Assembly: GCA_013265495.1 (NCBI GenBank)
Contig: MU058781.1
Location: 11,389,009-11,453,008, forward strand
Direction: 5' to 3'
DNA: 64,000 nt
DNA from: Vicugna vicugna
Lineage: Eukaryota
Part shown: positions 38,640 through 50,300 of the stretch, in pieces
Position numbering within the stretch: position 1 is the stretch's first letter
Layout: the number at the start of each line of letters is the position of its first letter
Notes under the pieces: model-generated
Told to the model about the DNA's origin: nothing
Database searches by the model: none
The model's input: only the letters and a program-made list of their open reading frames with translations
Position numbers and translations under genes: made by a program

Positions 38640-41600
38640 CTGAAAAGAAAAAGAAAGCTCTTTTCAGAAAGTCTTTCTCCCTCAAATTAAAAAGGTCTTT
38701 ACTATTACTGTGTCTAAGTACGTTTCAAATCAGAATGCCATAGATTATTAATGCACAAATGTAAAACTACATATGACTAGATAGATTATAAAAATATTTT
38801 GCCACATGATAGTAAATAGGTAATATAAAAATATCAAGACAGCCAAAGAGGTCTGAAATTTACCCCTGCTCTTCTGCCATAAATAGATTCCTAACTTTGG
38901 GTGTCAGATAAAACTCAGAAGACTGAAAACCCATGGCCTCAGTTACCGAAATTAGTTTTTTTTTTTAATGAACACAAGTGCAAAGGCAGCAAAACTGTTA
39001 TTCTACTTTAATTTATGCATTTAGAAGTATACCATTTATATGATCCGGTAATGTCAACTGCCTTCAGTTTTATTTGAAATTTACTAACATTTTTTCTTCC
39101 CACATTCCAAGATTTAAAAAAATTTTTATTATTGTGGTAAAATATACATAAAATTTACCACTTTATGTTACATATGGCATTAAGCACATTCACAGTAAGG
39201 TGCAACCATCACCACCATCCACCTCCAGAACATTTCCAATTTCCAGACTGAAACTCTGTACCCATTAAACATGAACTCCCCATTCCACCCTCTTCCCATC
39301 CCTGGCAACCACCATTCTACCTTCTGTCTCTATGAATCTAACTACTTTAGGATACCTGCGTAAGAGGAATGAAAAAATATCTATCCTTCTATTACTGGCT
39401 TATTTCACTCAGCAGTGTCTTCAGGGTTCATTCATGTTACAGCATTCAATATTGCCTTCCTTTTAAAGGCTGAATAATATTCCATTTCAAGTATACACAT
39501 TTTGTTTATCCAGTCATGTGACAATTGACACTTAGGTTGCTTCCACATTTTATCAATTGTGAATAATGCTATGAATACAGGTATACAACTATCTCTTCAA
39601 GACTCTGCTTTTACTTATTTTGGGTATTCACCCAGAAGCAGAATTGCTGGATCATACGTAATAATTTTTGGAGGAATCCCCACACCATGGTCCACAGCAG
39701 CTATACCATTTTAAATCCCCAGCAGGAATGCACAAAGGTTCCAATTTCTCCACATCCGTGCCAACAGTTACTTTGTTTTGTTTTGGTAACAGTCATGCTA
39801 GTGGATGTGCAGTGGTATCGCAATATGGTTTTGATTCGAATTTCTCTAATGACTAGTGATGTTGAACATCTTTTCATGTACTTATTAGCCATTTCTATAT
39901 CTTCTTTGGAGAAATGCCTAAATCTTTTTCCCATTTCTAAGTGAGTTTTTTTTTTACTGTTTTTTTTTTATTTGTAAGAGTTCTTTGTACATTCTGAAAA
40001 TTAATTGTTCATCAGATGTGATTTGCAAATATTTTCTACCATTCCATAGGTTGCCTTTTTACTCTGACAATATCCTTTGATGCATGAAGGTGTCATATCC
40101 AAGAAATTACTGCCAAATCCAATGTCATGAAGGTAAAAAAGGTTGGGGAAAAAAAACAACCTCAAGACGGAAGAGAATTAGGGACAACTATGCTGGTCAA
40201 ATCTTTCTGTTCTTCTCACCTTGCAACTAGAGAACAAAAATTGATGAAGTTTTCTAAACTCTTCTAATCATTATTTTCTCTATAGCCCTCTTGTTAATCA
40301 ACACATATTGTTTTATGTTGTCTGTTTCATGTGCCATATTTATGTTTTTCATCCAATAATGTAACAGCCCTTCCGCTCCTGCTTTCCTTGTGCTAGGCAC
40401 ACAGCACAGGCCAAATCATTATTTGCTGAACTGCATCTGCAAGGTCACTTCCACATTATGATGAAGGTCTTGGTTTTAACAGCTTTGATCAAAAGAAACC
40501 TAAATCAGTTTCCACAGCAGTAACCTGCCCATAAACACCGAGCTGACTCATCACTCACTTCTTGATCCCTTAAATTCGTATCTCCTGCAAATATAACTGT
40601 AGCTGACTCTGGAATCTCCTGTATTGTCTTTAAAACAATTTTCAACTGATTCATTCGTTCCTTAGCATGCCCTCTGGTGCTCTCCAAATGAGAAGTCATA
40701 AGGCAGAGTTCATTTCCTGACACACTCACCTGCAACAGGATAAATAATTAGAATCGTTAAAATTATTCACTCACCATTAACGCTGAACTTTGATAACAGA
40801 ATCAACAATTATTCAAGTGACTGATAGATATTCACTAAAAAGAAACTATATAACCAGCACTGTGCTTTTCCTTATATGTCAAAGAAGTATATGGTGCTAA
40901 ACTTGCTCCCAAACAATACTGAACAAGTACCCACTAATACTTCAAGAGCTACTTCGAATGTCAACTCCACTGTGAGCCCTTCCCCAGTGCCCCAGGCATC
41001 AGTGGCTCCCTCCCCTAACCTCCTATAGCACACTGGAAAGGCTCTTTATAAAGTCCTCTAGGCTGAATTCCAGCAGAATTATCCCTCTCCTACAAAGCCA
41101 TGAGCCATTTGAAAGCAAAGATGGTTCTCTTAATTACTGCCAAATTATCAAGAGCCTGGAACACAGGTAACTCAAAATAGTGTCAGTTAAATGAATGAAA
41201 GAGACTCATTTACCAGTTAAGATACCAACGATGTGGGATCTGTCATTATGTAAACTAACTGCCTACAGAGTCAAGTCCAAATTCTTTCATATTGGGCATT
41301 CATGATCTCCTATAATCTGGATCCAACCTACTTTATCAACTTCTTATCACACTACCCCTCTTTGTGCCCTCCACACTCAACTGAATGGAATGCTCATTTA
41401 GACCTATATATGCCCTGTTTCATATATACATACCCTGCTATTTGTAATTTGCAAAATTTTGCTCATGGTGGTTCTGCCACCTGCATGGTTCTTAATATCT
41501 ACATCTTAAATGTTTCTCAGGGCCCAATTCAAATGCAGCTTCCATCAGGAACCTTCCACTAAACAATGTAGCTAAAAGTCACCTCTTCTTTCTCTAAACT

Positions 41601-44600
41601 TTCAGGGCACATTATTATACCTCTCCCATGGCATTTATGCCTTTCCTTTATTTTAGTAACCATACATACAATCTCTGCCCTGCTAATCTATGAATTCTGT
41701 GAAAGCAAGATCTATTTGACTCATTTTTGTAAGACTCACTGAGTACAATGCAGTACCAAGCACAGTGCATTTAATGAAAAAACTACTATAGGAAGCGAAT
41801 ATAGAATGTTAGCAAACTTATATATTAAGAAAACATCTAATGAATCAAAGAATTTATTTTTACAAATTTGTCTATATTTGAAATGCATGTAAAAATTTAA
41901 TTTATAAAGTTCTTTAGGACTATTTCGAAGAACCTATAAGTGAGGAACAAATATTTGTCTAAAGACAATAGTTTTTTAGAAAAGAAACCATCACGGAACT
42001 ATATTTTTTAAAAACCCATTCTTTTTCTTTTTAAAGTCAATTTTAAAAAATTACTTACATTCACACACAAAAGGTTTCTCATCATTTTTGTATCTGGAAA
42101 AGGAATAATCTCTTGGCTTTTAAATTTCACTCTTGATTTCTTCAACATTATAGCTGTGAAATATCCTTCTTCATGACCTTCAAATGTTTGTGAAGAAGAA
42201 TTTAGGCTGAGAGTCAAGGGTATTTGCAGTTTATCACAAGTTCTCCTACTGAAGATTTTATTACAAAAAAAAGGCACAGATATTTAAATGGATCTAAATC
42301 TTAAAAGTAAACTATTATTTCAAAATAGCTGAAGATAGCCAACCAAGTCCCTATGTTTACTTGCCTCTCCCAAAATGTAAACAGAAGTATGGAAGAAATA
42401 TAAAAATTAAAATGAATTGACATTAAGTTCCAAAAATAGTTAACAGTGTCAATATCAAACATAAAAATTTGAAAACATTTCTGAAAGGCATAGAGAATAA
42501 GACTTAAACTGAGACAACTTGACATGTTACTTCTGAAGCAACCTGGCAGTTACTTTTCATTCTGGAAGCACCAGAAAAATTATAGTGGGTGAGTAAAAAG
42601 CTTAGAAAGGCATAAACTTGCAAGAAGAAAAGAGAACAGAAGTAGAGGGGCAGTGAATGAAAGCTTCCAACAGTTTTTCAGAAAATAAAGTAGATGGAGA
42701 AGTGATAACTGGTTTATCAGAACGGAGGGAAGCCAGGAAAAAAGGAACAGGAAGAGACAGGAGGAGGAAGACCAGGAGATGGAGGGGCAGGGAGGCGGGG
42801 AGGCAGACTGGAGAGAGGGTAGGTGGGCAAGCTGGCCCCAGGAAGGGGGGGGGGAGAAGGAGGTGAGAGAGAAGAATTTTCCAAAACCGAAGGTCAAAAA
42901 CCCCCAGATAAAAAGGTCCTACCAAGTGTTCAGCGTAATAAATGAAAAAAAGATCCAAAGCACACTAGGGCTAAAAAGAAGAGCCTCAAAGCTTCCAGGG
43001 CCGGGGTGGATAGGGGGAGAGAAAAGAACAAGAATTAGAATGCCATCAGACTTATGATCATCAATAATGGAAACCAGAAAACACTGAAATCATGCCTTCA
43101 AAATTTTGACGGAAAATGACTCTCTAGAAATTTATGTCCAGCCAAAGTAACACTGAGCTACGAGGACAGAACACAGGCATTTCCAAATACGCTGAGATTC
43201 AAAACCTTCCTTCCCCACGTGCTACTTAGAAAGTGACGGGAACTCAATGTGCTCCAATTAAAATGAGAAAGTAAATCAAGAAGGAAAAAACCATGGGATG
43301 TAGAAAACAAGATATCCAAGACGGAAGACAGGCAAAAAAGTATCCCCAAGAGAAAGTAGAAAAGTTGTCCCACAAAGAAGGACAGAGACTGAGAGAGAAC
43401 CCTCTCTTTAGCAATTCTGGACTAAAAAGCAAATCAAAATGAAACTCACGTACTACATAAAAGTGAGAGTCAAAGAAAACATGAGATTTAGCAAAAAATC
43501 GTGAAATGTAGCCACAGTAGTACGTTAAATGCCCTTAGTAAAAATAAAACAGATTTAAAAAAATTTTTACCTTTCATGTATAACTGAAAGATTGTGCTCT
43601 ACACTGGAATTTGACACAAAATTGTAAAATGACTATTACTCAATAAAAAAAAGTTAAAAAAAATTTTTTAACTGAATTATTCAGGGAAAAAGCTGGGGAA
43701 AAAACCCAAAATAAATAAAAACGAATTAATAAAGACAGACTTTTTGAAAAAGCATAACCACAAGGCAATCACAGAAAAATTTTTTTAATAATTTCACCAA
43801 AAAGCTACTCAGGGTCTCAAATTTTGGCAATTTATATTTTCCTGAAAAATCTCATTTCAACCACTTTTTCACATATATAAGCTGTATAACATATTCTCCT
43901 TTTTTTTTTAGTATTCTGTGTCTGGCTTGTTTTTCTCAAGCTTATTTTATTTGTGCTTTTTCCTGTCTATGTTCCAATTGTCTAACTTTGATTTATCTCT
44001 TTCACTTATTTGTTTTTCAAAGAAAAAGACAAGATAATAACAGCAAAATTGTTACCTGTAATAATCTCATAACTACTTGCTTTCTTCTTTAGGTAGGCAC
44101 AGTATGGGGGAATAACTTCCTGTAGAAATACCACACATGGGTTGTACCTAATTAAAAACATCAATTTATGATGAACACCGGGTATAGCATTTCATTTGCA
44201 GCTACCCAGATTAGGAAAATACCACAGCATAAAAGAAACACAGAACTGTAATCCTCTAGGACACCTAATATTCAACGTTTCTACTGAACTTTGATAACTA
44301 TAAAATGAGAAAGATCTGTGTTATTTCACAAATAACACTGTAAAGGTCAATTAAAAAAAACATATGTGACATCACTTTAAAGTTAGAAGAACTGGAATCA
44401 CTGACATCAGATACCAGTAACACTGAAAGCCTACATTGGTCCTACACACTAATAGGTGCTTTAACTGTTATTGTCTCTTTCAATCCTCTTGAAACAACTG
44501 TTATCCACCATGAAGAAACTGGAGCTCCAGAGAACTTAAGTGGCTCACAAGTGGTTACACAAAGTCACAGAGCCAGTGTGTAGCAGATACAGATCATTTT

Positions 44601-46826
44601 GGTTATTTCCTTTTTATAGCAGTAAGTACACACGAAATTTAATAAGTAAAATAGTACTAGAAGGCTTCTAACAGAAATTAGTGTTCCCACTGCATCCCAA
44701 ACTGCAATCCTGCTCCCAGAGGGAATCACTCCCAATTCTTTCAGATGTTTCTTCTGAGAGCTGGACTAGGGCTGATTCCAAAGCCCATAAACTTGAACTG
44801 TGACCCCTGTTGTAGGTGGTAAGATATGTTATCATCCTACTGTTAAACAGATGTAATAATACTTACAAAGTTAAATAGGAACACACCCCTCGAGCCCGCT
44901 CTAGCAGATTGTTTAAGTCCAATCCATCAATATTCCAGGTGATGAAAGAGAACACGCTGCCATCTTCCTGCTGAACACCTTCAGATGTGCTGGTTTTAGA
45001 ACTAATGGAATCTCTCGTTTCTTCCTTGGTGAGGTCAACACTGGCAAGGTCAGAATGAAATACAACTTTGCAATTGCTCTATAAACTGACTGATTTAAAA
45101 ATTATTTTGAGTCTTTGCAGCCTTCATTTTACAGATAAATAAATCTTAAAAGAGTCCTAAAAGTATCTGCCAATCAAAGTGCAAAAGTCTGATGACAGGA
45201 TAAATATATCTTGCCTGTGTTCTCCAAACGTCTGCTCAATTACACGGTGAGAACCAACTCAACAGCCTTCGATGACATGTGTCACCAAAATGATTTTACA
45301 AACTATGACCCCAAATTAGACTGAGTAATGTGAGGTTTTCATTTCATTTTAAATCAGATTTGAAGTAAGATCTCATTATGCCAGATAAATAATGGCTGCA
45401 AATTCTGTTATTCCCCTCACTGAGAGCTGAAGTCTAACACCATTCCCCTTTAATCTGGGCCTGACCGACTTGCCTGACCAATAGAATCCAGTGAAAAGGA
45501 TATTCTGGGATTTCTGAGGCTTGGCCGTAAGAAGCCTCGCAGCTTTCACTCAAGCCTTTCGGAACACTCTGTCCAGGAACTGTGGGCTGCCGTGGGAGAA
45601 GTCTGACTGCTCTGAGACTGCCGTCCTGAGAGACTTCTACGTGCTCCAGTCTACAGTCCTGCCCGACCCCACCGTCCCCACCAAGGATCAGACATGAGTG
45701 GAGGGACACAACATTAAAAGGGGACTGCTCAGCATTTATAAAATGTACATAAATTTAAGAAACAGGCTTTTGTATTTATAATTTTAATAAACTTCATGTC
45801 AATATCTTGGAGATAAGTCATGTCTAAATTCGGCTTTTAAGATTAGTATTATTCAGCAGGGATGAAAAAAAAGGTTCTAGGTTGAAAGGCAAGAGAAAAT
45901 GGCTCACTGGAGAAAGGGAAAGTTTGATATGTCCAGAAGTTTTGTGGGATAGGAAAGACAAAACCCGAAAGACAGGTGGTGGTCAAACCGTGGAGGGTCT
46001 GGTAAGGCACCTGGAGTTTAACAGAGGTGGTGCAGGAATTGGGGAGTGAAATAACAGGGGAGGATGTGCATTTTACAAAAAACTACTATTCTAGCTGGTA
46101 GGCAGAGAGTAAATAAACAACAACAATATGGAAAGTAAGGAGATTGCCAAGTTACCATTCTTCAGGAGAGGATTTTGCCTCATTCATTTGTTTCGAAACT
46201 CTCGCTTACATATTTTCGATAATTGGAGTCAAAAATTACATTTCAGATATTTCCTCCCCAGACTCCAAAGTACGTTCGAAGCGACAGCCTGGACCTCGGG
46301 AGAGAAGGGTCAGCCCCGCAGCTAGGGCGCATCTCCATCCGACGCGCCAACAACGCTTCGGCTACTCGGCCTCTACTCAGCCCGCCCGCCCAACTTCAAG
46401 GCAGGTCCCAGGATGCCCACCGCAACCCGACACCGAACTGCCTCCGCCCCGACGGGCCCCCGCCCCCGCCGGCACGCACCAGGACTCGGGCTCGGAGAGG
46501 GGCTCGGAGAGGGGCTCGGGGCGGCTTTCCAAGGCATTCTCCTCCACCGCCGGCTCGAAGTAGGAGTTCAGCGCTCTCTGAAGAACAAAAGACACAAGAA
46601 TGGGACGTGTGCGCCGCACCGACCGAAGTAAAGGGAGGGAAGAGAAATAGCGAAAGCGTACTTCCATCTCCCAGTCGTTCTCGGCCAGGTAGCACTGAGC
46701 CACGGCGGCGTCGCAACTCGCGACCGAGGCAAACTCCATGCACAGAAGTCGTCGCTTCTTCGCCTGGGGTCCTCCCTCCTCCCGCTCCGCCTCGGGCCCA
46801 GCCTCCAAACCGCTTTCCCGCTCCAT
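38358..46826 (-). CDS. TDP2: Tyrosyl-DNA phosphodiesterase 2, complete, 366 aa (UBA-like N-terminus plus EEP catalytic domain)
   Basis: Exons 46662-46826, 46480-46577, 44867-45040, 44056-44147, 42059-42177, 40559-40729, 38358-38639 total 1101 nt, all GT-AG and in frame. Motifs TWNIDG, FLQE, TSHLES, GDTN, FDRI and SDH are present. Confidence 0.98.
39120..40130 (-). mobile_element. L1MB-type relic in TDP2 intron 6
   Basis: ORF 39701..39934 ([26 protein letters not shown]) is a decayed L1 ORF2 C-terminus, followed by L1 3' UTR motifs. Confidence 0.9.
40559..40729 (-). CDS. TDP2: TDP2 exon 6
   Basis: [30 protein letters not shown]...[12 protein letters not shown]; |gtgagt. Confidence 0.96.
42059..42177 (-). 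CDS. TDP2: TDP2 exon 5
   Basis: [40 protein letters not shown]; |gtaagt. Confidence 0.96.
44056..44147 (-). CDS. TDP2: TDP2 exon 4
   Basis: [30 protein letters not shown](G); tag| ... |gtaaca. Confidence 0.96.
44867..45040 (-). CDS. TDP2: TDP2 exon 3
   Basis: [57 protein letters not shown](L); |gtaagt. Confidence 0.96.
45390..45710. mobile_element. MaLR (MLT1-type) LTR fragment
   Basis: gacttgcctgaccaatagaat...tgaggcttggccgtaagaagcctcgcagc. Confidence 0.65.
46480..46577 (-). CDS. TDP2: TDP2 exon 2
   Basis: [32 protein letters not shown](C); cag| ... |gtgcgt. Confidence 0.95.
46662..46826 (-). CDS. TDP2: TDP2 exon 1
   Basis: [10 protein letters not shown]...[33 protein letters not shown]|gtacgc. 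Confidence 0.95.
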
Positions 46827-47245
46827 CGGCTCACTGCCGCCTCACCGCCGGCTTACCGCCCCCTGAAGCTGGCCATGGGGCAGCACCCCGCTCTGCGCAG
46901 GCGCCCGGCGCCCCGGCGTTCGCACATCAACCGCCCGGCGAGGAAACGCGCTCCGCTCTCGGAGGGCGATACTGCGCCTGCGCAGCAGGAGAGCCGGCCC
47001 CGGGGGGCCCGGGCGGGGCGCCGCGTGCGCGCGCGGTCACAAAGGGGCGCGGAACGTCAATGCGCGAGTTGCTGGGGACCGTGGCGGCGGGCGCGCGCGA
47101 GGGCGGATCGGAAGTCGCCGCAGGCCCAGAAGGACGTAAACCCTTCGCCCGCAGCGTCCTTGTTTCTCTTTGCGAACTTCTGGGCTTCTCTGCTCTTCCA
47201 AGAATCATTCTTGCTTGGGGCCTGGGAGCTGGCGTCCGGTCCACG

Positions 47246-47326
47246 ATGAGCTGTAAGGGAAAGAATATGATGGAGATGATGAAGTTCCTTAGCAGTCATC
47301 GCGATTTTGACAGAGTTTTGGACAAG
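47246..47326 (+). CDS. ACOT13: ACOT13 exon 1
   Basis: MSCKGKNMMEMMKFLSSHRDFDRVLDK|gtattg; 81 nt. Confidence 0.88.
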
Positions 47327-50300
47327 GTATTGGAAGCGAAGTCGCGGTATCTAATGAAGGGAAAGGAAGCACAGTGCTTGGTGCGCGGGGAGCGCTGAAT
47401 AAATTGTCTCTGGCTAGATCCTGTTGGACTGAGTACCCAAATTCACCTTAGTAATAATGATCACTACTTGAATGGAGCGCTGTTATGTGCTAGATGTGCT
47501 TGTGCTGATCTGTCTTCAAAACAAAAAAGGTCAGTGGTTTAGCCAGCGGAGTCTATTGGACAGTAGCGGAGGAATTGCAATTTAGGACATGAAGACTATG
47601 GCCAACCACAGGCAAGTCTTAAGCTGTTTTTTTATAGAGGAGAGGGAAAAGTCGAGAGGGGCTATTTTGAACAAATTCGTTGAAGAAGAGAGTTCCCCTT
47701 GTGCTGGTTTCTCGTTGGTTGAGTTGCGGAGGTTTTTCACGAGCTTTTTGATGGACTAGGAGAAAATCTTTTTCCTACTGGGGTTTGTAAAGTAAGCTGG
47801 GAGGAGTGGTAAATGAGTGAAAGCTCCCTTCTGCAGGGCTTCCCGACTCCATTTTAAATAAGGTATTTCATAATAATTTTATAATAGCAACATTACATAA
47901 TTATATTATTATAATATTGTAATATTTTAAAAGAAGTAGGTGAAATTAATTTTAGTAAACTATATTAAGTAATTCATAATATCCAAAATATTTTAACATG
48001 TAATCAGTATAGAGTACTCCCTTTTTGTACTTAATCTTTGAAATCCAGTGTGAATTTTACACTTACAGCTCATCTCAATTCATATTTGCCATGTGTTAGA
48101 TGCTCAATACAGGTGGCTAGTGGCTACTTGTTAAACTGCACAGGTCAATATGGTAGGTGCTCTATGCTTGTTAATTTGTTGGAGAACGGGTTTTGTAGTT
48201 GTTTATGTTTTGTGTGGGCAGAGTTGCTCAAGCTAAAGTATAGATTTATGCACAGTGATGTGTAAATCTAGTTGTGAACATGGTTCATTTCCTTTTACTA
48301 TAAATTTTAAGGTAACATGATCTAGACCAGTGGTTCTCAATTAGGGGTGGTTTTACTCCCCGTGGGACATTTGGCAATTCTGGAGACATTTTTGATCATC
48401 ACAACTGGAATGGGGTGGGAATAGCGCTGCTGGCATCTAGGAGGTAGAAGCCAGGGTGCACAGTTTCCCTCCCTCTGTCCCCACAACAGAGAATCATCCA
48501 GTACAAAGGTCAACAGTGCTGAGGTTTGGAAATTTGGACATAAGCCATCCTCTTAATCATTTGCTTTGTTCTCAGTCAAAACTTGATTAAGTTGCTGCCC
48601 TCTTGTTCTTTATAAGTATAAACCACACCTTTGTCACATGAAGGAGTCATGTCTTGAAAAATGATTTGCTAATTAACATAGGAGCATGCCATTCAATAAC
48701 ATGTTATATATGGCTTTATAAAATTACAATTTTTATTGATCATTTATATTTTTTAAAGTTTCCCTAGCACTTATTATGTGTTGGGCACTGTGCACTTCAT
48801 GAACGTGAACTCATCTTTTTATGGCAAAAGATACAGTAAAAGTCAAAATACAATAATTAGGAAAAGATTTTCACTCTATGACTAGGTGTTAAAATCTGAT
48901 ATGGTAAGAAGAGCTGTAGAGACAGTCTAATATGTAAGTGGGCACAAAGGATGTATCAGGCTGTTCACAGAAAAAGAAATATAATCAGGAGCACTGGTAG
49001 TCTGGCTGATGCAAACATAAACCATAAGATACCATCAGATTGTGCCCATCATATTGTAAAAATTGAGTAATAATACACATTACTGATGAGGAATAAGGGA
49101 ATGAGGCATTTACTCTTTGCTTTCCAGAAGTAATCTGGCAGATTTGTTAAAAATTTACATACTCTTTTACCCAGCTATCTAGTTTTGGCAATTTCTCCTA
49201 TACAAATAAAAGCACCTTTATTTGTAATGGTAAAGAAAAATATGGAAAGGACCTGTATACCAAGCAATAGTTTAATAAATCTAATATATTCAACACTAGA
49301 GAATACCACAAAGCTATTAAAAGAGATCTATATGGGGGTGGGGGGATAGCCCAAGTGGTAGAGCACATGCTTAGTATGTAAAAGGCCCTGGGTTCAATCC
49401 CCAGTACCTCCATTAAAATAAATAAGCAAAAAACCTAATTACCTTCCCCCCCAAAATAAAAATAAATAAAATTAAGTTAAAAATAAAAAAATAAGTGATC
49501 TATATGAATTGAGCTAGAGGAATGGCTGTGGTATACTGGGAAGAGAACTGAAATTTGCAAATATGCATAATATGATCCCATTTTTGTAATCTTATAAAAA
49601 GAAAGGGAAAAACTCTATATTGTACATGTTTGAATAAGCCTAGAGAATCATATTGAATGATATACAGCACTGAAGGGGTAGTAGGTTTTGGAAACTGCAT
49701 CTTATACTCTTTGATTTATTTATTCATATAAAATGAATGATTTTATTTTTGTAATTGAAAACCCAATAAAGAGAAGGAACATGGCAGTTTTAGATGGATC
49801 AGAGATAGGATTTAAAGAATCAAGATATAATTAGTGAAATAATGAACTCAAGTCAAGAATTACTGATATAGAGGGGGAAAGGATGTGGCATCAACTCAGA
49901 GCAACTAAATATTTTAGAAAATTAATAGTTTTTGCAGTGGTAAATGAATGACCAATTCAAGGGAAATGATGACAATCCTTTCAAAGGAAATGATTCTTCT
50001 GCCGTGGAAGATAGTTAAGGTTTCGTTCTATGTACAGCCTCTGAAATAAATGCCACTGAAATGTTATACCACTTATCTAAGTAGCCTTTTAAGTCCTGAG
50101 GTTTGTGAAGACCTCAGGATGTTACTAAGAGCTTTAATAGAAATTGAATGTATGCATTTTAAAGATTAAGAACAGAACACTAAACAAAAGCAGTGTAGGA
50201 TCCGCAGAAATTTCTGGAATACTGTTTCTCAGTGAACAGATTATTTAAACTTCTTTGTTGCTGTTTGATTTGTGGCTTAATCATAACTGGCTCACCATAG

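Larger units (their letters stand above)
46270..47400. promoter_or_regulatory. TDP2/ACOT13 bidirectional CpG-island promoter
   Basis: Divergent ATGs 420 bp apart (46826 minus, 47246 plus). NRF1-like TGCGCCTGCGCA at 46973-46984 and TGCGCAGGCGC at 46894-46904, ETS/GABPA CGGAAGT at 47109-47115, GC boxes. Confidence 0.88.

Noticed and set aside
39701..39934. ORF resembling L1 ORF2 (also 11419-11899 and 502-981)
   Set aside because: Short decayed L1 fragments, not intact genes
46223..47398. 391-aa plus-strand ORF, the longest in the track
   Set aside because: Spans the GC-rich island antisense to TDP2 exons 1-2 and has low-complexity P/R/A/G composition. Only 47246-47326 (ACOT13 exon 1) is supported as coding.
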